Shown piece by piece: positions 29,853 through 41,461 of a DNA stretch of 64,000 nucleotides. The position numbers and the translations under genes were made by a program. This stretch comes from an uncultured delta proteobacterium (GTDB taxonomy: Bacteria > Desulfobacterota > Desulfobacteria > Desulfobacterales > Desulfatirhabdiaceae): contig CAWBKP010000019.1 in assembly GCA_963789395.1 (NCBI GenBank), positions 32,001 to 96,000 on the forward strand. The letters are read 5' to 3'. The notes under the pieces were generated by a model. The model did no database searches and had not been told where the DNA came from. It saw only the letters and a program-made list of their open reading frames with translations. How positions within the stretch are numbered: position 1 is the stretch's first letter; each line of letters begins with the position of its first letter.

Positions 29853-30296
29853 ATGGAATATATCAAAATTAAATTTGGAAGTGATTTTGACGCGGTAAGC
29901 TCCGGTTTCGAGAAATCCATGGATGGCATGTTCCGATCGATAAACCCGCTTTTTTCGCTGTGCGCCCGTGCCTGGAATCCCCAGATGGATATTTACGAAA
30001 CACAAGAAGAGATTATCATCCGTGCTGAAATTGCCGGCGTGGATAAGGACAATCTTGAAGTGGAGATCAACAGCAAAGCCGCCCGAATCCGGGGCAAGCG
30101 GACGGAAATGTCCCGCATCGAAAACGCCACCTACAGGCTTGCTGAAATTCAATACGGATGTTTTGAGCGCATTCTCTTTCTGCCCTCTCCGATTGATACG
30201 GAAATTGTCAGTGCGGCATATTTGAACGGCTTCCTGCAGATTCGGCTGGCCAAGCTGCCGGTCAATGTCGTTCATAAAATACCCATATCTGATTGA
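29853..30296 (+). CDS. Hsp20/alpha-crystallin small heat-shock protein
   Basis: WNPQMDIYET, AEIAGV, EIQYGCFER, AAYLNGFLQI; directly upstream of lon. Confidence 0.9.
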   Translation: MEYIKIKFGSDFDAVSSGFEKSMDGMFRSINPLFSLCARAWNPQMDIYETQEEIIIRAEIAGVDKDNLEVEINSKAARIRGKRTEMSRIENATYRLAEIQYGCFERILFLPSPIDTEIVSAAYLNGFLQIRLAKLPVNVVHKIPISD

Positions 30297-30420
30297 TAAT
30301 CTGTGGCCGACGTCATTCTGTGCGGTTTGAGGCAGTCTTGCAAAGCCAAAAAGCGCCTTTAAAGCCGTTCCGAATATATATTTTAAGTTATCATTTTAGA
30401 TTTTCCTTTGGAGGTAACCC

Positions 30421-32793
30421 ATGCCAGAACAGCAACCGCCCACGGAAACCATCGCGGAACCCATAACGGAAAACGTTGCGGACAAAAAAATGGAACTTCT
30501 GCCCATCCTGCCGCTATTTGATGCTGCCCTCTTTCCCAAAATGGTATTACCCCTTGTGGTGATGCAGGGAGAATCTGTGAAACTGGTTGATGAGGCCATG
30601 GCCAGTGATCGGCTGATCGGACTGGTGGTGTCTAAAAAAATTGCCAAGGAAAGCGCCAGTCCCGAAGAAGACCTGTATACGGTTGGAACCAGTGCCCTGA
30701 TTCTGAAAATGGCCAAAACCCAGGATAACCGGGCCCAACTGCTGGTTCAGGGGCTCAGCCGTTTCAAAATCCTTGAGTTCATGGACAGCAAACCTTACCT
30801 TCAGGCCAAGGTTGAGATGATTCCTGAAATAGAAACCAAGGATACGGAAACCGAAGCCCTGGTGTCCAATATCGTCAACCTGTTTGCGCGGATTGCCGAA
30901 CTGTCTCCCGGACTGCCGCCCGAAATCGGGGCAATGGCCAAATCCATAGCGGATCCGGGTACGCTGGCCGATATGATTGCCTCAACCATCAATTCCACGC
31001 CGGATGAAAAACAGAAAATTCTGGAGTTGATCGATATCAATGAACGGCTGAAAGAAGTCATGCGCATGGCCAGTCACCAGCTGGAAATCCTGGAACTCGG
31101 CAACAAGATTCAAAGCCAGGTCAAGGGAGACATGGACAAGAGCCAGCGCGAATATTACCTGCGTCAGCAGTTGAAGGCGATTCGAGAGGAGCTGGGTGAA
31201 AAAGAAGACTCCTCGGTCGAGCTGGATGATTACCGTAAAAAAATTGCGGAAAAAAATCTTCCGGAAGAGGCCGCCAAAGAGGCGCAACGGGAGCTGAACC
31301 GGCTATCCCGCATGCACCCCTCATCCGCGGAGTTTACCGTGGCATCCACGTATCTTGACTGGCTGACCTCCCTTCCCTGGCATGACAGCACGCCCGACAA
31401 CCTTGACATTAAAAAAGCCAGAAAGGTTCTGGATGATGACCATTTCGGCCTGGACAAAGCCAAAAATCGGATCATCGAATACCTGGCGGTACGAAAACTG
31501 AAACCCGATTCCAAAGGCCCGATTCTATGCTTTGCCGGTCCTCCGGGAACCGGCAAGACGTCTCTGGGGAACTCCATTGCCAATGCACTCGGCAGAAAGT
31601 TCCACCGCATTTCCCTTGGCGGCGTTCGCGATGAGGCGGAGATCCGCGGGCATCGGCGAACCTATGTGGGCGCGCTTCCGGGCCGGATCATACAGGGAAT
31701 CCGCCGGGCAGGCTCCAATAACCCCGTGTTCATGCTGGATGAAATCGATAAGGTCGGCAGCGACTTTCGGGGCGATCCGTCTTCCGCGCTTCTGGAAGTG
31801 CTGGATCCGGAACAGAATTTCAGCTTTTCGGATCATTACCTGGATGTGCCCTTCGATCTGTCGCATGTCATGTTCATTACCACGGCCAATGTGCTGGATA
31901 CCATTCCGCCGGCGCTGCGGGACAGAATGGAAGTTATCAACCTTCTTGGCTACACGGAAGATGAGAAAATCAAAATCGCCAACCGGTACCTGATTCCCCG
32001 GCAGCGAAAAGCCCATGGCCTTAAGGCGGATCAGATCGTTTTTTCAAGGGGAGCGATTCGGAACATTATCTCCGGCTATACCCGTGAAGCGGGCCTGAGA
32101 AACCTGGAGCGTGAAATCGCCACGATCTGCCGGGGGGTCGCCAGCAAGGTGGCTGAGGGAGAGGCCACATCCGCCACCATTAATCTGAACAATCTTTCCA
32201 AATATCTGGGTCCGATCAAAATACAGATTGAAACCCGCGCCAGAGTGTCCACCCCCGGGGTGGCGGTCGGCCTTGCCTGGACACCGAATGGGGGCGATAT
32301 CCTCTTTATCGAAGCAACCGCCATGAAAGGCGGCAAAAACCTGACCCTGACCGGCCAGCTGGGGGATGTCATGAAGGAATCCGCAACCGCGGCATTAAGC
32401 TTTATCCGCTCCAATGCGGTTGCAATGGGAATTCCGGAAGACTATTTCGCCGACCATGATATTCATATTCATATTCCGGCGGGCGCAATCCCCAAGGATG
32501 GCCCGTCTGCCGGCGTCACCATGCTGGCAGCGCTGACATCGCTTCTGACCAACAAGCCGATTCGAAAAGATCTGGCCATGACCGGAGAGATTACGTTAAG
32601 GGGCCAGGTGCTGCCGGTCGGCGGAATCAAGGAAAAAATGCTGGCTGCGCACCGGGCCGGAATCAAGACCATCATCATGCCCAAGTGGAATGAAAAAGAT
32701 CTGGAAGAGATTCCCAAAAAGATTCAAAAAGACATTCAATTCCATTTTGTTGAAAAAATGATGGATGTGATCAAGCTGGCCCTGGAAAAATGA
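30421..32793 (+). CDS. lon: ATP-dependent protease La
   Basis: [37 protein letters not shown] catalytic Ser, GGIKEK. Confidence 0.97.
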   Translation: MPEQQPPTETIAEPITENVADKKMELLPILPLFDAALFPKMVLPLVVMQGESVKLVDEAMASDRLIGLVVSKKIAKESASPEEDLYTVGTSALILKMAKTQDNRAQLLVQGLSRFKILEFMDSKPYLQAKVEMIPEIETKDTETEALVSNIVNLFARIAELSPGLPPEIGAMAKSIADPGTLADMIASTINSTPDEKQKILELIDINERLKEVMRMASHQLEILELGNKIQSQVKGDMDKSQREYYLRQQLKAIREELGEKEDSSVELDDYRKKIAEKNLPEEAAKEAQRELNRLSRMHPSSAEFTVASTYLDWLTSLPWHDSTPDNLDIKKARKVLDDDHFGLDKAKNRIIEYLAVRKLKPDSKGPILCFAGPPGTGKTSLGNSIANALGRKFHRISLGGVRDEAEIRGHRRTYVGALPGRIIQGIRRAGSNNPVFMLDEIDKVGSDFRGDPSSALLEVLDPEQNFSFSDHYLDVPFDLSHVMFITTANVLDTIPPALRDRMEVINLLGYTEDEKIKIANRYLIPRQRKAHGLKADQIVFSRGAIRNIISGYTREAGLRNLEREIATICRGVASKVAEGEATSATINLNNLSKYLGPIKIQIETRARVSTPGVAVGLAWTPNGGDILFIEATAMKGGKNLTLTGQLGDVMKESATAALSFIRSNAVAMGIPEDYFADHDIHIHIPAGAIPKDGPSAGVTMLAALTSLLTNKPIRKDLAMTGEITLRGQVLPVGGIKEKMLAAHRAGIKTIIMPKWNEKDLEEIPKKIQKDIQFHFVEKMMDVIKLALEK

Positions 32794-33560
32794 AACGCTG
32801 CTGCATGATACTCCTGGCGGGGATGTTGATCGCCGGTGTCTATGGATGCAGCCGTTCCGTGCCCTCTTCCAGACGCCCGCCCGCACCAGCTTCCAGCCTT
32901 CCGCCGACTGCCGTGGTTCCGCCGTCTTCTCCCAAGCCTTACAAGGCCCTGGGCCAGTGGTACCAGCCGCTTCCGGACGCCAGAGGGTTCAAACAGACGG
33001 GTATTGCGTCATGGTACGGGGAAGATTTCCACGGGAAGAAAACCTCAAGCGGCGAGATTTATGATATGTATGCCGAATCCGCGGCGCACAAGACCCTTCC
33101 CCTGGGGACGATCGTCCGGGTGCGGAATCTGGACAACAACCGGGAAATGGAGATCCGCATCAACGACAGGGGGCCGTTTGTGGCCGGCAGGGTTATTGAT
33201 CTGTCTTATGCCTGCGCCACCAAGCTCGGTGTGGTGGGGCCGGGCACCGCGCCGGTTGAAGTGATTGCGGTTGGAACAACAGCCCTTGCGGGCAGCGGTG
33301 CCACAGGTTCTGCGGATTTTTATTATCAGGGAAATTTCACGATTCAGGTCGGGGCTTTTTCAGACCGCAACAACGCGGAGAGGCTGCGGGCCAAACTGGA
33401 CAAATCCTATCAGAACGCTCATATCCAGACCTATGACACCGGCAGGGAAATATATTACCGGGTCAGGGTTACAAAAGCATCGAGTCTCGAGCAGGCCATC
33501 CAGTATGAAAAAACGCTGGCTTCAGGCGGCTACGACGGGGCTTTTGCAGTGGCTGAATAA
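32790..33560 (+). CDS. rlpA: Septal ring lytic transglycosylase RlpA with SPOR domain
   Basis: Lipobox YGC; GIASWYG, AAHKTLP, RINDRGPF, IDLS; IQVGAF SPOR domain. Confidence 0.93.
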   Translation: MKRCCMILLAGMLIAGVYGCSRSVPSSRRPPAPASSLPPTAVVPPSSPKPYKALGQWYQPLPDARGFKQTGIASWYGEDFHGKKTSSGEIYDMYAESAAHKTLPLGTIVRVRNLDNNREMEIRINDRGPFVAGRVIDLSYACATKLGVVGPGTAPVEVIAVGTTALAGSGATGSADFYYQGNFTIQVGAFSDRNNAERLRAKLDKSYQNAHIQTYDTGREIYYRVRVTKASSLEQAIQYEKTLASGGYDGAFAVAE

Positions 33561-33593
33561 CACGGATTCTTTTATGTTCGGGAGGCAGTGACG

Positions 33594-34547
33594 ATGTCGA
33601 ATCATCATGATGAAGAAAATACCTGTAAAACCGATGCTGAATCTTTTACGCGGTATCGCAGCCGCATTCCGGATCTGGCGGAATCGCTTATCACCAGTTG
33701 CCATGACAGGGAATGTTTTACGCACATTGATTACGATCCCATTCCTTCCGAAGGCTATGTGGTGGATATCATCGATAAGCTTCGGGAAATTCTTTTTCCC
33801 GGATATTTCAGCCGGGAAAAAATTGATCCGGTCAGTCTTAAATATACCATGGGCCAGGCGGTTACGGCATTGTTTGATATGCTCTCGGAGCAGATCACCC
33901 ATAGCATCCGCCATGATTGCTTCCGGTATGACCTTTCCTGCAGCGATTGCGGCGACCGGGGATATGAAACCGCGCTGGCAGTGCTGGAATCCATTCCGTC
34001 GATACGAAAGATTCTGGCAACCGATATCCGGGCTGCATATGAAGGGGATCCTGCTGCAAAAAGCCACGATGAAATCATTTTCAGTTATCCCGGAATATAT
34101 GCCATGAGCGTCTATCGGGTCGCCCACAGGCTTTTTGAGTTGAATGTGCCGCTGCTTCCCCGGATCATGACCGAACATGCGCACAGTATCACGGGAATCG
34201 ATATTCATCCCGGAGCCCGGATCGGAGAAAGCTTTGTCATTGATCACGGCACCGGGGTGGTGATCGGGGAAACAACCGTGATTGGAAACAACGTCCGGAT
34301 TTATCAGGGGGTGACCCTGGGGGCATTGTCTCTTCCGAAGAATGCCGGTGAAAAACTGCGGGGGAAAAAACGTCATCCCAGCATTGCCGATGATGTCATT
34401 ATTTATTCAGGGGCAACCATTCTGGGCGGCGATACGGTGATCGGGGAACGATCGGTCATTGGCGGCAATGTGTGGATTACAGAGTCTGTTCCGCCCGACA
34501 CGACGGTCATGATGGAACCCCCCCGGCTGATTTACAAGCATCCGTAA
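33594..34547 (+). CDS. cysE: Serine O-acetyltransferase (EpsC-type CysE)
   Basis: [41 protein letters not shown]. Confidence 0.93.
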   Translation: MSNHHDEENTCKTDAESFTRYRSRIPDLAESLITSCHDRECFTHIDYDPIPSEGYVVDIIDKLREILFPGYFSREKIDPVSLKYTMGQAVTALFDMLSEQITHSIRHDCFRYDLSCSDCGDRGYETALAVLESIPSIRKILATDIRAAYEGDPAAKSHDEIIFSYPGIYAMSVYRVAHRLFELNVPLLPRIMTEHAHSITGIDIHPGARIGESFVIDHGTGVVIGETTVIGNNVRIYQGVTLGALSLPKNAGEKLRGKKRHPSIADDVIIYSGATILGGDTVIGERSVIGGNVWITESVPPDTTVMMEPPRLIYKHP

Positions 34548-34600
34548 CATTATCGCGGCATCCACGTTAAACCGGCCCACGGAGGCGCAAGGAAAATGAT

Positions 34601-35809
34601 TTATGCGATCAGGGCATCGGCCCACTGAACAGCCGCCAGATAATTTTCCGGAAGAATTTTTTCGGAAACGCCCAGGACTTGAACCGTTTCATTGACCTTG
34701 TTCCAGTTCCCGGTCTCGTACTGCACGGCCAGAGACAGAACATCTGCATAATTTCCTTTGCCCTGAATCAGCGCCTCTTTAATCGTGTCTGAAAGGGGAA
34801 GCTTTTCCAGAAGACTTTCCATCGTATCATCCAGAAGCGTATCGATCAGGGAAAAAAGACCGATGGTGAACAATTCCGGAGCCTTTCCGGATAATCCGCA
34901 GTGAGGACAGGTCAGTTCGCAGAATCTGCCCCGGATACTGGACAGCCGGATTAATTCATCGGTTTTGTCCGATCCCAGCGTGGTCAGCGAAATTACGGAT
35001 ACAAACCGGGTCAGTTGTTCAAGGCCCAGAAGGATCAATGCCTGTTTGATTGATTTTACGGTTGTTCCTCGAAAAAAATAAGCTGAATTCAAATAGTTAA
35101 GCAGTTTAAAGGAAATTCCTACATCCCGGGAGATTATTTTTTCCAGATCCGTTATGGTAATATTCGGATCTCTCACCTGCGCCATGATAACCAGCAGATT
35201 CAGTTTGCTGCTGGGAACCTCACGGGATCGGATGATTTGGGGTCTGCAAAAAAAATATCCCTGAAAATACGAAAACCCCAGTCTGGAAGCCACGTTGTAA
35301 GTTAAGCGCGTTTCAACTTTCTCGGCAATCAATTCAACCGGATACTTCTGCAGCCTGCTGATAATGCTGCCCATATCCGCGGTTGCGGTTTGCAGGAAAT
35401 CAATTTTCACATATTGAACCAAGTCCAGCAGCGGCTCCCACGCAGGATGGTAAATAAAGTCATCCAGCGCCAGCGCGTATCCTTCATTGCGGATATCGTG
35501 ACAGGCCGTCAGTATTTCGGTGCCGGGCATGACATTTTCAAGAACTTCGACCACGATGCTTTCTTTGGGAAAGGCAAGGGGGAGTTTTTGAAGCAGTAGA
35601 TTCTGCGTGAAATTGATGAAGCATTTTTTTTGGTGGGTCAGGGCTTCCAATCCGATGGAGAGAAAAGAATGGGAAAGCAGTTCCAGCGTGGCGGCATCGC
35701 CATCGGGATGGTTCATGACACTGCTGATGCCGTCTCTGAAGAGAAGTTCATAGGCGACACAGCGAAGGTTTTTGTCAAATATGGGTTGTCTGGCGACAAA
35801 AATTTCCAT
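34601..35809 (-). CDS. EAL + HDOD domain protein (YuxH/PdeH-like)
   Basis: FVARQPIF, YELLFR, ALDDF, VKID, AEKVE, FQGYFF followed by HDOD (KLLNYLNS, LILLG). Confidence 0.9.
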   Translation of the reverse strand: MEIFVARQPIFDKNLRCVAYELLFRDGISSVMNHPDGDAATLELLSHSFLSIGLEALTHQKKCFINFTQNLLLQKLPLAFPKESIVVEVLENVMPGTEILTACHDIRNEGYALALDDFIYHPAWEPLLDLVQYVKIDFLQTATADMGSIISRLQKYPVELIAEKVETRLTYNVASRLGFSYFQGYFFCRPQIIRSREVPSSKLNLLVIMAQVRDPNITITDLEKIISRDVGISFKLLNYLNSAYFFRGTTVKSIKQALILLGLEQLTRFVSVISLTTLGSDKTDELIRLSSIRGRFCELTCPHCGLSGKAPELFTIGLFSLIDTLLDDTMESLLEKLPLSDTIKEALIQGKGNYADVLSLAVQYETGNWNKVNETVQVLGVSEKILPENYLAAVQWADALIA

Positions 35810-36093
35810 TATTGCCTGTGAATTCGACAAAAAATATATTTTTCTTCGGCAAGAATAAATTGGTGCCAATCAATATGATAAGAACCATCCAAAATCAATA
35901 CATTTATTTTATACGTATCGAAAAGATGTTGATATATTCCTTGTCACTTGAAGTAATTATTATTTATTCGCAACTTGGTCTGAGACAAGTCCGGCAGGAA
36001 CACATTTTGCATTGACAAGACCCGAAAAGTATTGAAAGCTACACTTCCTGCAAATATGCTACGAGTTAATGTTTATCGAAAAGAAGCCTTATC

Positions 36094-37482
36094 ATGAGCA
36101 TTCAAAAAGGTCAGTTGCTTGATGTTGCCATATCCGATGTCGCCTACGGCGGCAAGGGGATCGTTCACGTTGAAGGGTTTGCTGTTTTTGTGGATCAGGC
36201 GGTTCCCGGCGACAGGGTCAGAATCATTATTACCCGAAAAAAGAAAAATTATGCTGAAGCCCGCGTGGTGTCACTTCTTCAACCGTCTTCGGACCGGGTT
36301 GCTGCGCCCTGTCCTTACAGCGGCGTTTGCGGAGGGTGTAAATGGCAGTTTCTGGACTATGACCGGCAACTGGTGTATAAGCGGCGGCACGTTGCGGAAT
36401 CGTTGGCGCATATCGGCTTGATTCAAGATGCAACTGTCCATCCGACCCTTGCTTCCGAGCTGCACTTCGGATATCGCAATAAAGTGGAATTCACATGTTC
36501 GGACAGCCGGTGGCGGTTGCCGGATGAAATGCAATACCCTGACGCATCCAGTAGTTTTGCCCTGGGCTTCCATGTGCCGGGCGTGTTTCATAAAGTTCTG
36601 GATATCGAGGCCTGTCTGCTGCAGCCGGACCTGGGAAACCGGATTTTGAGCGATGTGCGCCGGTATATTCAATCATCGGATATACCGATGTATTGCCCCA
36701 AAACCCATAACGGGTTCTGGCGGTTTGTCATGCTTCGGCATTCTCTGGCCCATGACCACTGGATGGTGAATCTGATCACCGCCGCGGAAAACCGCGGGGC
36801 CCTGCAGCCCCTGGCGGATTTGCTGCAGGATAAGTATCCGCAAATCATCTCCGTGGTCAACAACATTACCGCCAAAAAGGCTGCGATATCCGCCGGGGAA
36901 TACGAAATTCGTCTTTGCGGCAGTTCGCATTTGACGGATCGCCTCTGCGGGTATGAATTTGACATCTCCGCCAATTCTTTCTTTCAGACCAACAGCAGCG
37001 GTGCGGAAACGCTGTATCATACGGTGATGGCGTATGCGGGACTGACCGGCAATGAAACGGTTTTTGACCTGTATTGCGGTACCGGCACCATTGCCATCTG
37101 TCTTTCAAAAACCGCAAAAAGGGTGATAGGCTTTGAAATCGTCGATGCCGCAGTTACCAACGCGGAAAAGAACTGCCTGAAAAACGGGGTCTCTAACTGC
37201 ACGTTTTACCGAGGAGATATCAAGGATAGGCTGTCCGAGGTGGAGCTTCCGCCCGATGTCATGGTCATCGACCCGCCGCGCGATGGCATGCACAAAAGTG
37301 TCGTGCAGCAGGTTCTGAACATGCTGCCGGCGCGGATCATTTATGTGTCCTGCAATCCGGCGACGCTGGCCAGGGATCTGGGGCTCATGAAAGACGCTTA
37401 TCGGGTTGTCGAGGTGCAGCCCGTGGATATGTTTCCCCATACGTTTCACATCGAATCGGTCGCCAGCCTTCAAAAGCGGTGA
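36094..37482 (+). CDS. rlmD: 23S rRNA (uracil-5)-methyltransferase RlmD/TrmA family
   Basis: TRAM domain, CPYSGVCGGCKWQ Fe-S motif, SFFQTN, DLYCGTG, DPPRDG, YVSCNP, DMFPHTFHIE. Confidence 0.93.
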   Translation: MSIQKGQLLDVAISDVAYGGKGIVHVEGFAVFVDQAVPGDRVRIIITRKKKNYAEARVVSLLQPSSDRVAAPCPYSGVCGGCKWQFLDYDRQLVYKRRHVAESLAHIGLIQDATVHPTLASELHFGYRNKVEFTCSDSRWRLPDEMQYPDASSSFALGFHVPGVFHKVLDIEACLLQPDLGNRILSDVRRYIQSSDIPMYCPKTHNGFWRFVMLRHSLAHDHWMVNLITAAENRGALQPLADLLQDKYPQIISVVNNITAKKAAISAGEYEIRLCGSSHLTDRLCGYEFDISANSFFQTNSSGAETLYHTVMAYAGLTGNETVFDLYCGTGTIAICLSKTAKRVIGFEIVDAAVTNAEKNCLKNGVSNCTFYRGDIKDRLSEVELPPDVMVIDPPRDGMHKSVVQQVLNMLPARIIYVSCNPATLARDLGLMKDAYRVVEVQPVDMFPHTFHIESVASLQKR

Positions 37483-37523
37483 TCAGGCGATTTATCGGAG
37501 TCAAACTGCATGGTGCGTTGAAA

Positions 37524-38096
37524 ATGGAGGCGGTGTTGCTCAAGCAGGTCGTTTTTCTGGACCGGGACGGGGTCATCAATCAGGACTCTTCGGATTACAT
37601 CAAGTCCTGGGAGGAGTTTATTTTCCTTCCAAACAGCCTGGAAGCTCTGAATATTCTTACTCGAAAAGGTTACACGCTGATTGTGATCACCAACCAGTCC
37701 ATCATCCACCGCAAGTGGGTGTCGCAGGAAGTGTTGGAAGGGATGCATCGCAGGATGCAAGCCACGGTAGCATCCCATGGGGGCAGAATAACCGATGTTT
37801 TTTTCTGCCCCCACACGCCGGAGCAGTCATGCTCCTGCCGGAAACCCAAGCCCGGATTGATTCAGCAAGCCTGTGAAAAATATGCCATTGATCTTTCCGA
37901 TGCCGTCATGGTGGGCGACAGCGCCAAAGATATTCTGTGCGGAAAGGCAGCGGGCTGTGGCAGAACGATTCTGGTCCGGACCGGCAAAGAACAAACTGAG
38001 GGGATAAAGGCACTGGATGCACTGGCGCGGGACAACGTCTATCCGACCGTGGTGGTGGCTGATTTGCTGGAAGCCGCCCGCTGGATCATTTCATGA
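37524..38096 (+). CDS. gmhB: D-glycero-D-manno-heptose-1,7-bisphosphate phosphatase (HAD IIIA)
   Basis: FLDRDGVIN, ITNQS, CPH..CSCRKPKPG, VGD; start may instead be the GTG at 37533. Confidence 0.9.
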   Translation: MEAVLLKQVVFLDRDGVINQDSSDYIKSWEEFIFLPNSLEALNILTRKGYTLIVITNQSIIHRKWVSQEVLEGMHRRMQATVASHGGRITDVFFCPHTPEQSCSCRKPKPGLIQQACEKYAIDLSDAVMVGDSAKDILCGKAAGCGRTILVRTGKEQTEGIKALDALARDNVYPTVVVADLLEAARWIIS

Positions 38097-40288
38097 ATAC
38101 ATCCGGGACCCTGACCGATCTGGAAGGCTGTCTGGACCGCATTACGTTTTACAATCCGGAAAACCATTATACCATTGCAAAGTTTCGCCCCAGAGGCGCC
38201 CAGAACGCAATAACGGTTGTGGGATTCATGCCGGAGCCCACTGCCGGAGAATTTCTGAAGGTGGACGGCATCTGGGAAACGCATGTCCGGTACGGCCAGC
38301 AGCTTAAAATCCTACGATTTGAAGTACTGCTGCCGGCAACGGTTGACGGCATCCGGAAATACCTGAAATCCGGTGTGATCAAGGGGCTGGGAGCCAAAAC
38401 CATTTCCCGGCTGATCCGCCATTTCGGGGATCAGACCCTGGTGGTTATCGAATCCTCGCCCGAAAAACTGACTGAGGTCAAAGGCATCGGCAAGGCCACA
38501 GCCTCACAGATTGCGGAATCCTGGAAATTTCATCATGCGATTCGGAGGCTGATGCTTTTTCTCCAGAACCACGGCATTTCTCTGGCATACAGCGGCAGGA
38601 TTTTCAAACAATATGGCGCTGCTGCCGTCGATATCCTCACGAATCACCCTTTCCAGATCGCCTGTGATCTTCCGGGAACCGGTTTTTACATCGCCGATCG
38701 GATTGCGCAGCATCAGGGCGCCCTTTCCGATGATCCGCTGAGAATCCGGGCCTGTATTCTGTATCTGCTGGAGCAGGCTGCCTCTGACGGCCATATGTTC
38801 ATGACAGGCCATGAAACCCTGCGAAAGTGTGCCAGGCTGTTTGACATTGATGCTGAATCGGCATCCGCGGCCATGCAGGAACTTTCCGGTGACGGGCAGG
38901 TGGTTCAGGAAACGATGGGCGGTCCGGGTAGAGATCGGGGCAGTGATCAGGCGCTATACCTTTCGGCCCTGCATCGGGTGGAAACAGGCATAGCCCGCCG
39001 GCTCAAGGCGATTCTGTCCGTCCCGGTGAAACCACCGGATATCAATCAGGAACAGATGACCCGGGAAATTCTGGCGCGCCTGGCCATTCAGCTTTCCGCG
39101 GAGCAGCAGACCGTGCTGGAGGAGATTCTCCTGCATCACATCGCCATCATTACCGGAGGGCCGGGAACCGGAAAAACCACCCTTATCCGGTCTATCGCAG
39201 CGATATGCGATCGTCTGCGGCAGAAAACCATCCTCTCCGCGCCGACAGGTCGGGCTGCCAGACGGCTTTCCGAGGTTGCCCGGAAAAAAGCCTCCACCCT
39301 GCATAAGCTTCTGGGGTATAATCTGGAGCAGAATGATTTTGAAAAAGATGAGGACGATCCCCTGGATGTGGATGTGATGATTGTGGATGAAGCCTCGATG
39401 GTGGATGCCCAGCTCATGTTTCATCTGCTGAAGGCCGTTCCCGTGACCGCCACCCTGATCCTGGTCGGGGATGTGTTTCAGCTCCCGTCTGTGGGGCCCG
39501 GAAATATTCTGTCGGACCTGATTCACTCCGGGGTCATCCGGACGTTCGAATTGAAAGAGATCTTCCGCCAGGCCAAAAAAAGCCCGATCGTCGTAAATGC
39601 CCACCGGGTCAGGCAGGGCAATCTTCCGAATCTGGAAAAGAACGCTTCAAAAGGCCTGTCAGAGTTTTATTTTATTGAACAATATCTGCCTGAAACAGTC
39701 GTAAAGACGATTGTCGAGCTGTGCAGCCGAAAAATTCCGGAGCGTTTCGGATTTGATCCGGTCCGGGATATTCAGGTGCTGACCCCCATGCACAAGGGAA
39801 CGGTGGGAACCATTCAGCTCAATCAGGTGCTTCAGGAAGCATTGAATTCCCAATCCGCCGTCGGGGCCGGAATCCAGTTCAGGCCCGGAGACAAGGTCAT
39901 GCATCTGAAAAACAACTATGCCAAGGAAGTGTTTAATGGCGACATCGGTGTTATCTCGGAAATCGATCTGTCAAAAAGACGGCTTTCCGTGAATTATGAC
40001 GACAGGATAGTGGATTATGAAAGCGAGGAACTCGAGGATCTGACCCTTGCCTATGCCATATCCGTGCATAAGTCGCAGGGTTCGGAGTATCCGGCTGTGG
40101 TGATTCCGCTGATGCCCCAGCATCACCCGCTGCTTCAGCGTAACCTCCTGTACACGGCCATTACACGCGGTAAAAAACTGGTCATTATCGTCGGAACCCG
40201 GCAGGCCCTGGATACGGCCATTAAAAACGATAGGCCCGGAAATCGCCTTTCGCTTCTGGATCAGCGATTGAAAAACGTGAGGCCGTGA
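38093..40288 (+). CDS. recD2: ATP-dependent RecD-like helicase RecD2
   Basis: HhH KGLG/KGIG, TGGPGTGKTT, APTGRAA, DEASM, QLPSVGPG, YAISVHKSQGSE, LYTAITRG. Confidence 0.95.
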   Translation: MNTSGTLTDLEGCLDRITFYNPENHYTIAKFRPRGAQNAITVVGFMPEPTAGEFLKVDGIWETHVRYGQQLKILRFEVLLPATVDGIRKYLKSGVIKGLGAKTISRLIRHFGDQTLVVIESSPEKLTEVKGIGKATASQIAESWKFHHAIRRLMLFLQNHGISLAYSGRIFKQYGAAAVDILTNHPFQIACDLPGTGFYIADRIAQHQGALSDDPLRIRACILYLLEQAASDGHMFMTGHETLRKCARLFDIDAESASAAMQELSGDGQVVQETMGGPGRDRGSDQALYLSALHRVETGIARRLKAILSVPVKPPDINQEQMTREILARLAIQLSAEQQTVLEEILLHHIAIITGGPGTGKTTLIRSIAAICDRLRQKTILSAPTGRAARRLSEVARKKASTLHKLLGYNLEQNDFEKDEDDPLDVDVMIVDEASMVDAQLMFHLLKAVPVTATLILVGDVFQLPSVGPGNILSDLIHSGVIRTFELKEIFRQAKKSPIVVNAHRVRQGNLPNLEKNASKGLSEFYFIEQYLPETVVKTIVELCSRKIPERFGFDPVRDIQVLTPMHKGTVGTIQLNQVLQEALNSQSAVGAGIQFRPGDKVMHLKNNYAKEVFNGDIGVISEIDLSKRRLSVNYDDRIVDYESEELEDLTLAYAISVHKSQGSEYPAVVIPLMPQHHPLLQRNLLYTAITRGKKLVIIVGTRQALDTAIKNDRPGNRLSLLDQRLKNVRP

Positions 40289-40395
40289 AGGCGTAAGGGC
40301 GCTAAATCGTGAAAAGGGCCGCTCTTACGTTCTTACGCGCTCACGATTTCACGCTTTTATAAACCTATTGTAGAAAGGCTTGATATAGATTGACC

Positions 40396-41391
40396 ATGTC
40401 GAATAATTTACTTGAGGTCCGTCATTTAAAGAAGTATTTCCCTATTCTTGGTGGCATTTTTAAAAGAAAAACAGGGTGTGTGTATGCGGTGGATGACGTC
40501 TCCCTGACGATTCAGGAGGGGAAAACCCTCGGGCTGGTCGGCGAATCGGGGTGCGGGAAAACAACGGTGGGAAGAGCCCTTCTCCGACTGATTGAGCCTG
40601 ACAGCGGCGCAATCAACTTCATGGGGCAGGATCTGATGGCGCTCTCACAAAGCCGGCTGAGAGGGGTTCGAAGAAATATGCAGATCATATTTCAGGACCC
40701 TTTCGAATCCCTGGACAGCCGGCAAACCATCGGTGATTTGCTTGAAGAGCCATACGAGATTCACCGGGTCGGATCTCTTGAGGATCGCAAAGCGTATGTG
40801 AAAAACCTGCTGAATCGGGTTGGCATGCCGGAGACGGCTGTTTCGCGTTTTGCCCATGAGTTCAGCGGAGGCCAGCGGCAACGGATCGGCATTGCACGGG
40901 CCATCGCATTAAATCCCAAGCTCATTGTCTGCGATGAGCCGGTTTCAGCGCTGGATGTCTCCATTCAATCCCAGATAGTCAACCTGCTGCTTGAGCTGCA
41001 GCGGGAGATGATGCTGTCCTACCTGTTTATTGCGCACAATCTGGCTGTGGTGAAACACATTTCAGATGACATCGCCGTGATGTATCTGGGAAGAATCGTG
41101 GAATACACGGAATCAGATGCCTTGTATGCGACTCCCTTGCATCCCTATACCCAGGCCCTGATATCGGCCATTCCAATTCCGGACCCGGCCCGAAAAAGAA
41201 AAAATTTTCTGCTTGCCGGAGATGTTCCTTCTCCAGCCACACCTCCCCGGGGATGTCATTTTCATCCCCGCTGCCCGTTTGCGGTTGCGGTTTGCAAAAC
41301 AGACTACCCGCAACTGATTTCTGTGTCCGGCATCGGTGAAATGCATCACCGGGTAGCCTGTCACCGGGCCGGCGCCGTATCCTTGCTCTGA
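40396..41391 (+). CDS. Oligopeptide/dipeptide ABC transporter ATP-binding subunit (OppF/DppF-like)
   Basis: GESGCGKTT, IFQDP, FSGGQRQR, CDEPVSALD, HPYT, GCHFHPRC. Confidence 0.92.
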   Translation: MSNNLLEVRHLKKYFPILGGIFKRKTGCVYAVDDVSLTIQEGKTLGLVGESGCGKTTVGRALLRLIEPDSGAINFMGQDLMALSQSRLRGVRRNMQIIFQDPFESLDSRQTIGDLLEEPYEIHRVGSLEDRKAYVKNLLNRVGMPETAVSRFAHEFSGGQRQRIGIARAIALNPKLIVCDEPVSALDVSIQSQIVNLLLELQREMMLSYLFIAHNLAVVKHISDDIAVMYLGRIVEYTESDALYATPLHPYTQALISAIPIPDPARKRKNFLLAGDVPSPATPPRGCHFHPRCPFAVAVCKTDYPQLISVSGIGEMHHRVACHRAGAVSLL

Positions 41392-41410
41392 CGTCTTCTG
41401 GAAACAAAAA

Positions 41411-41443
41411 AGCCTTCTTTTCCCCGGATGGGGAAAAGAAGGC
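41411..41443. terminator. Terminator hairpin between convergent genes
   Basis: AGCCTTCTTTTCCCC-GGAT-GGGGAAAAGAAGGCT with an A-run on the left (U-tail for the minus strand). Confidence 0.8.
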
Positions 41444-41461
41444 TAATGGTTCCGACTCAGG

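Noticed and set aside
40396..41391. Lone OppF-like ATPase as a novel system with recD2
   Set aside because: Ordinary sequence; split opp/dpp loci are common and the partners are probably elsewhere
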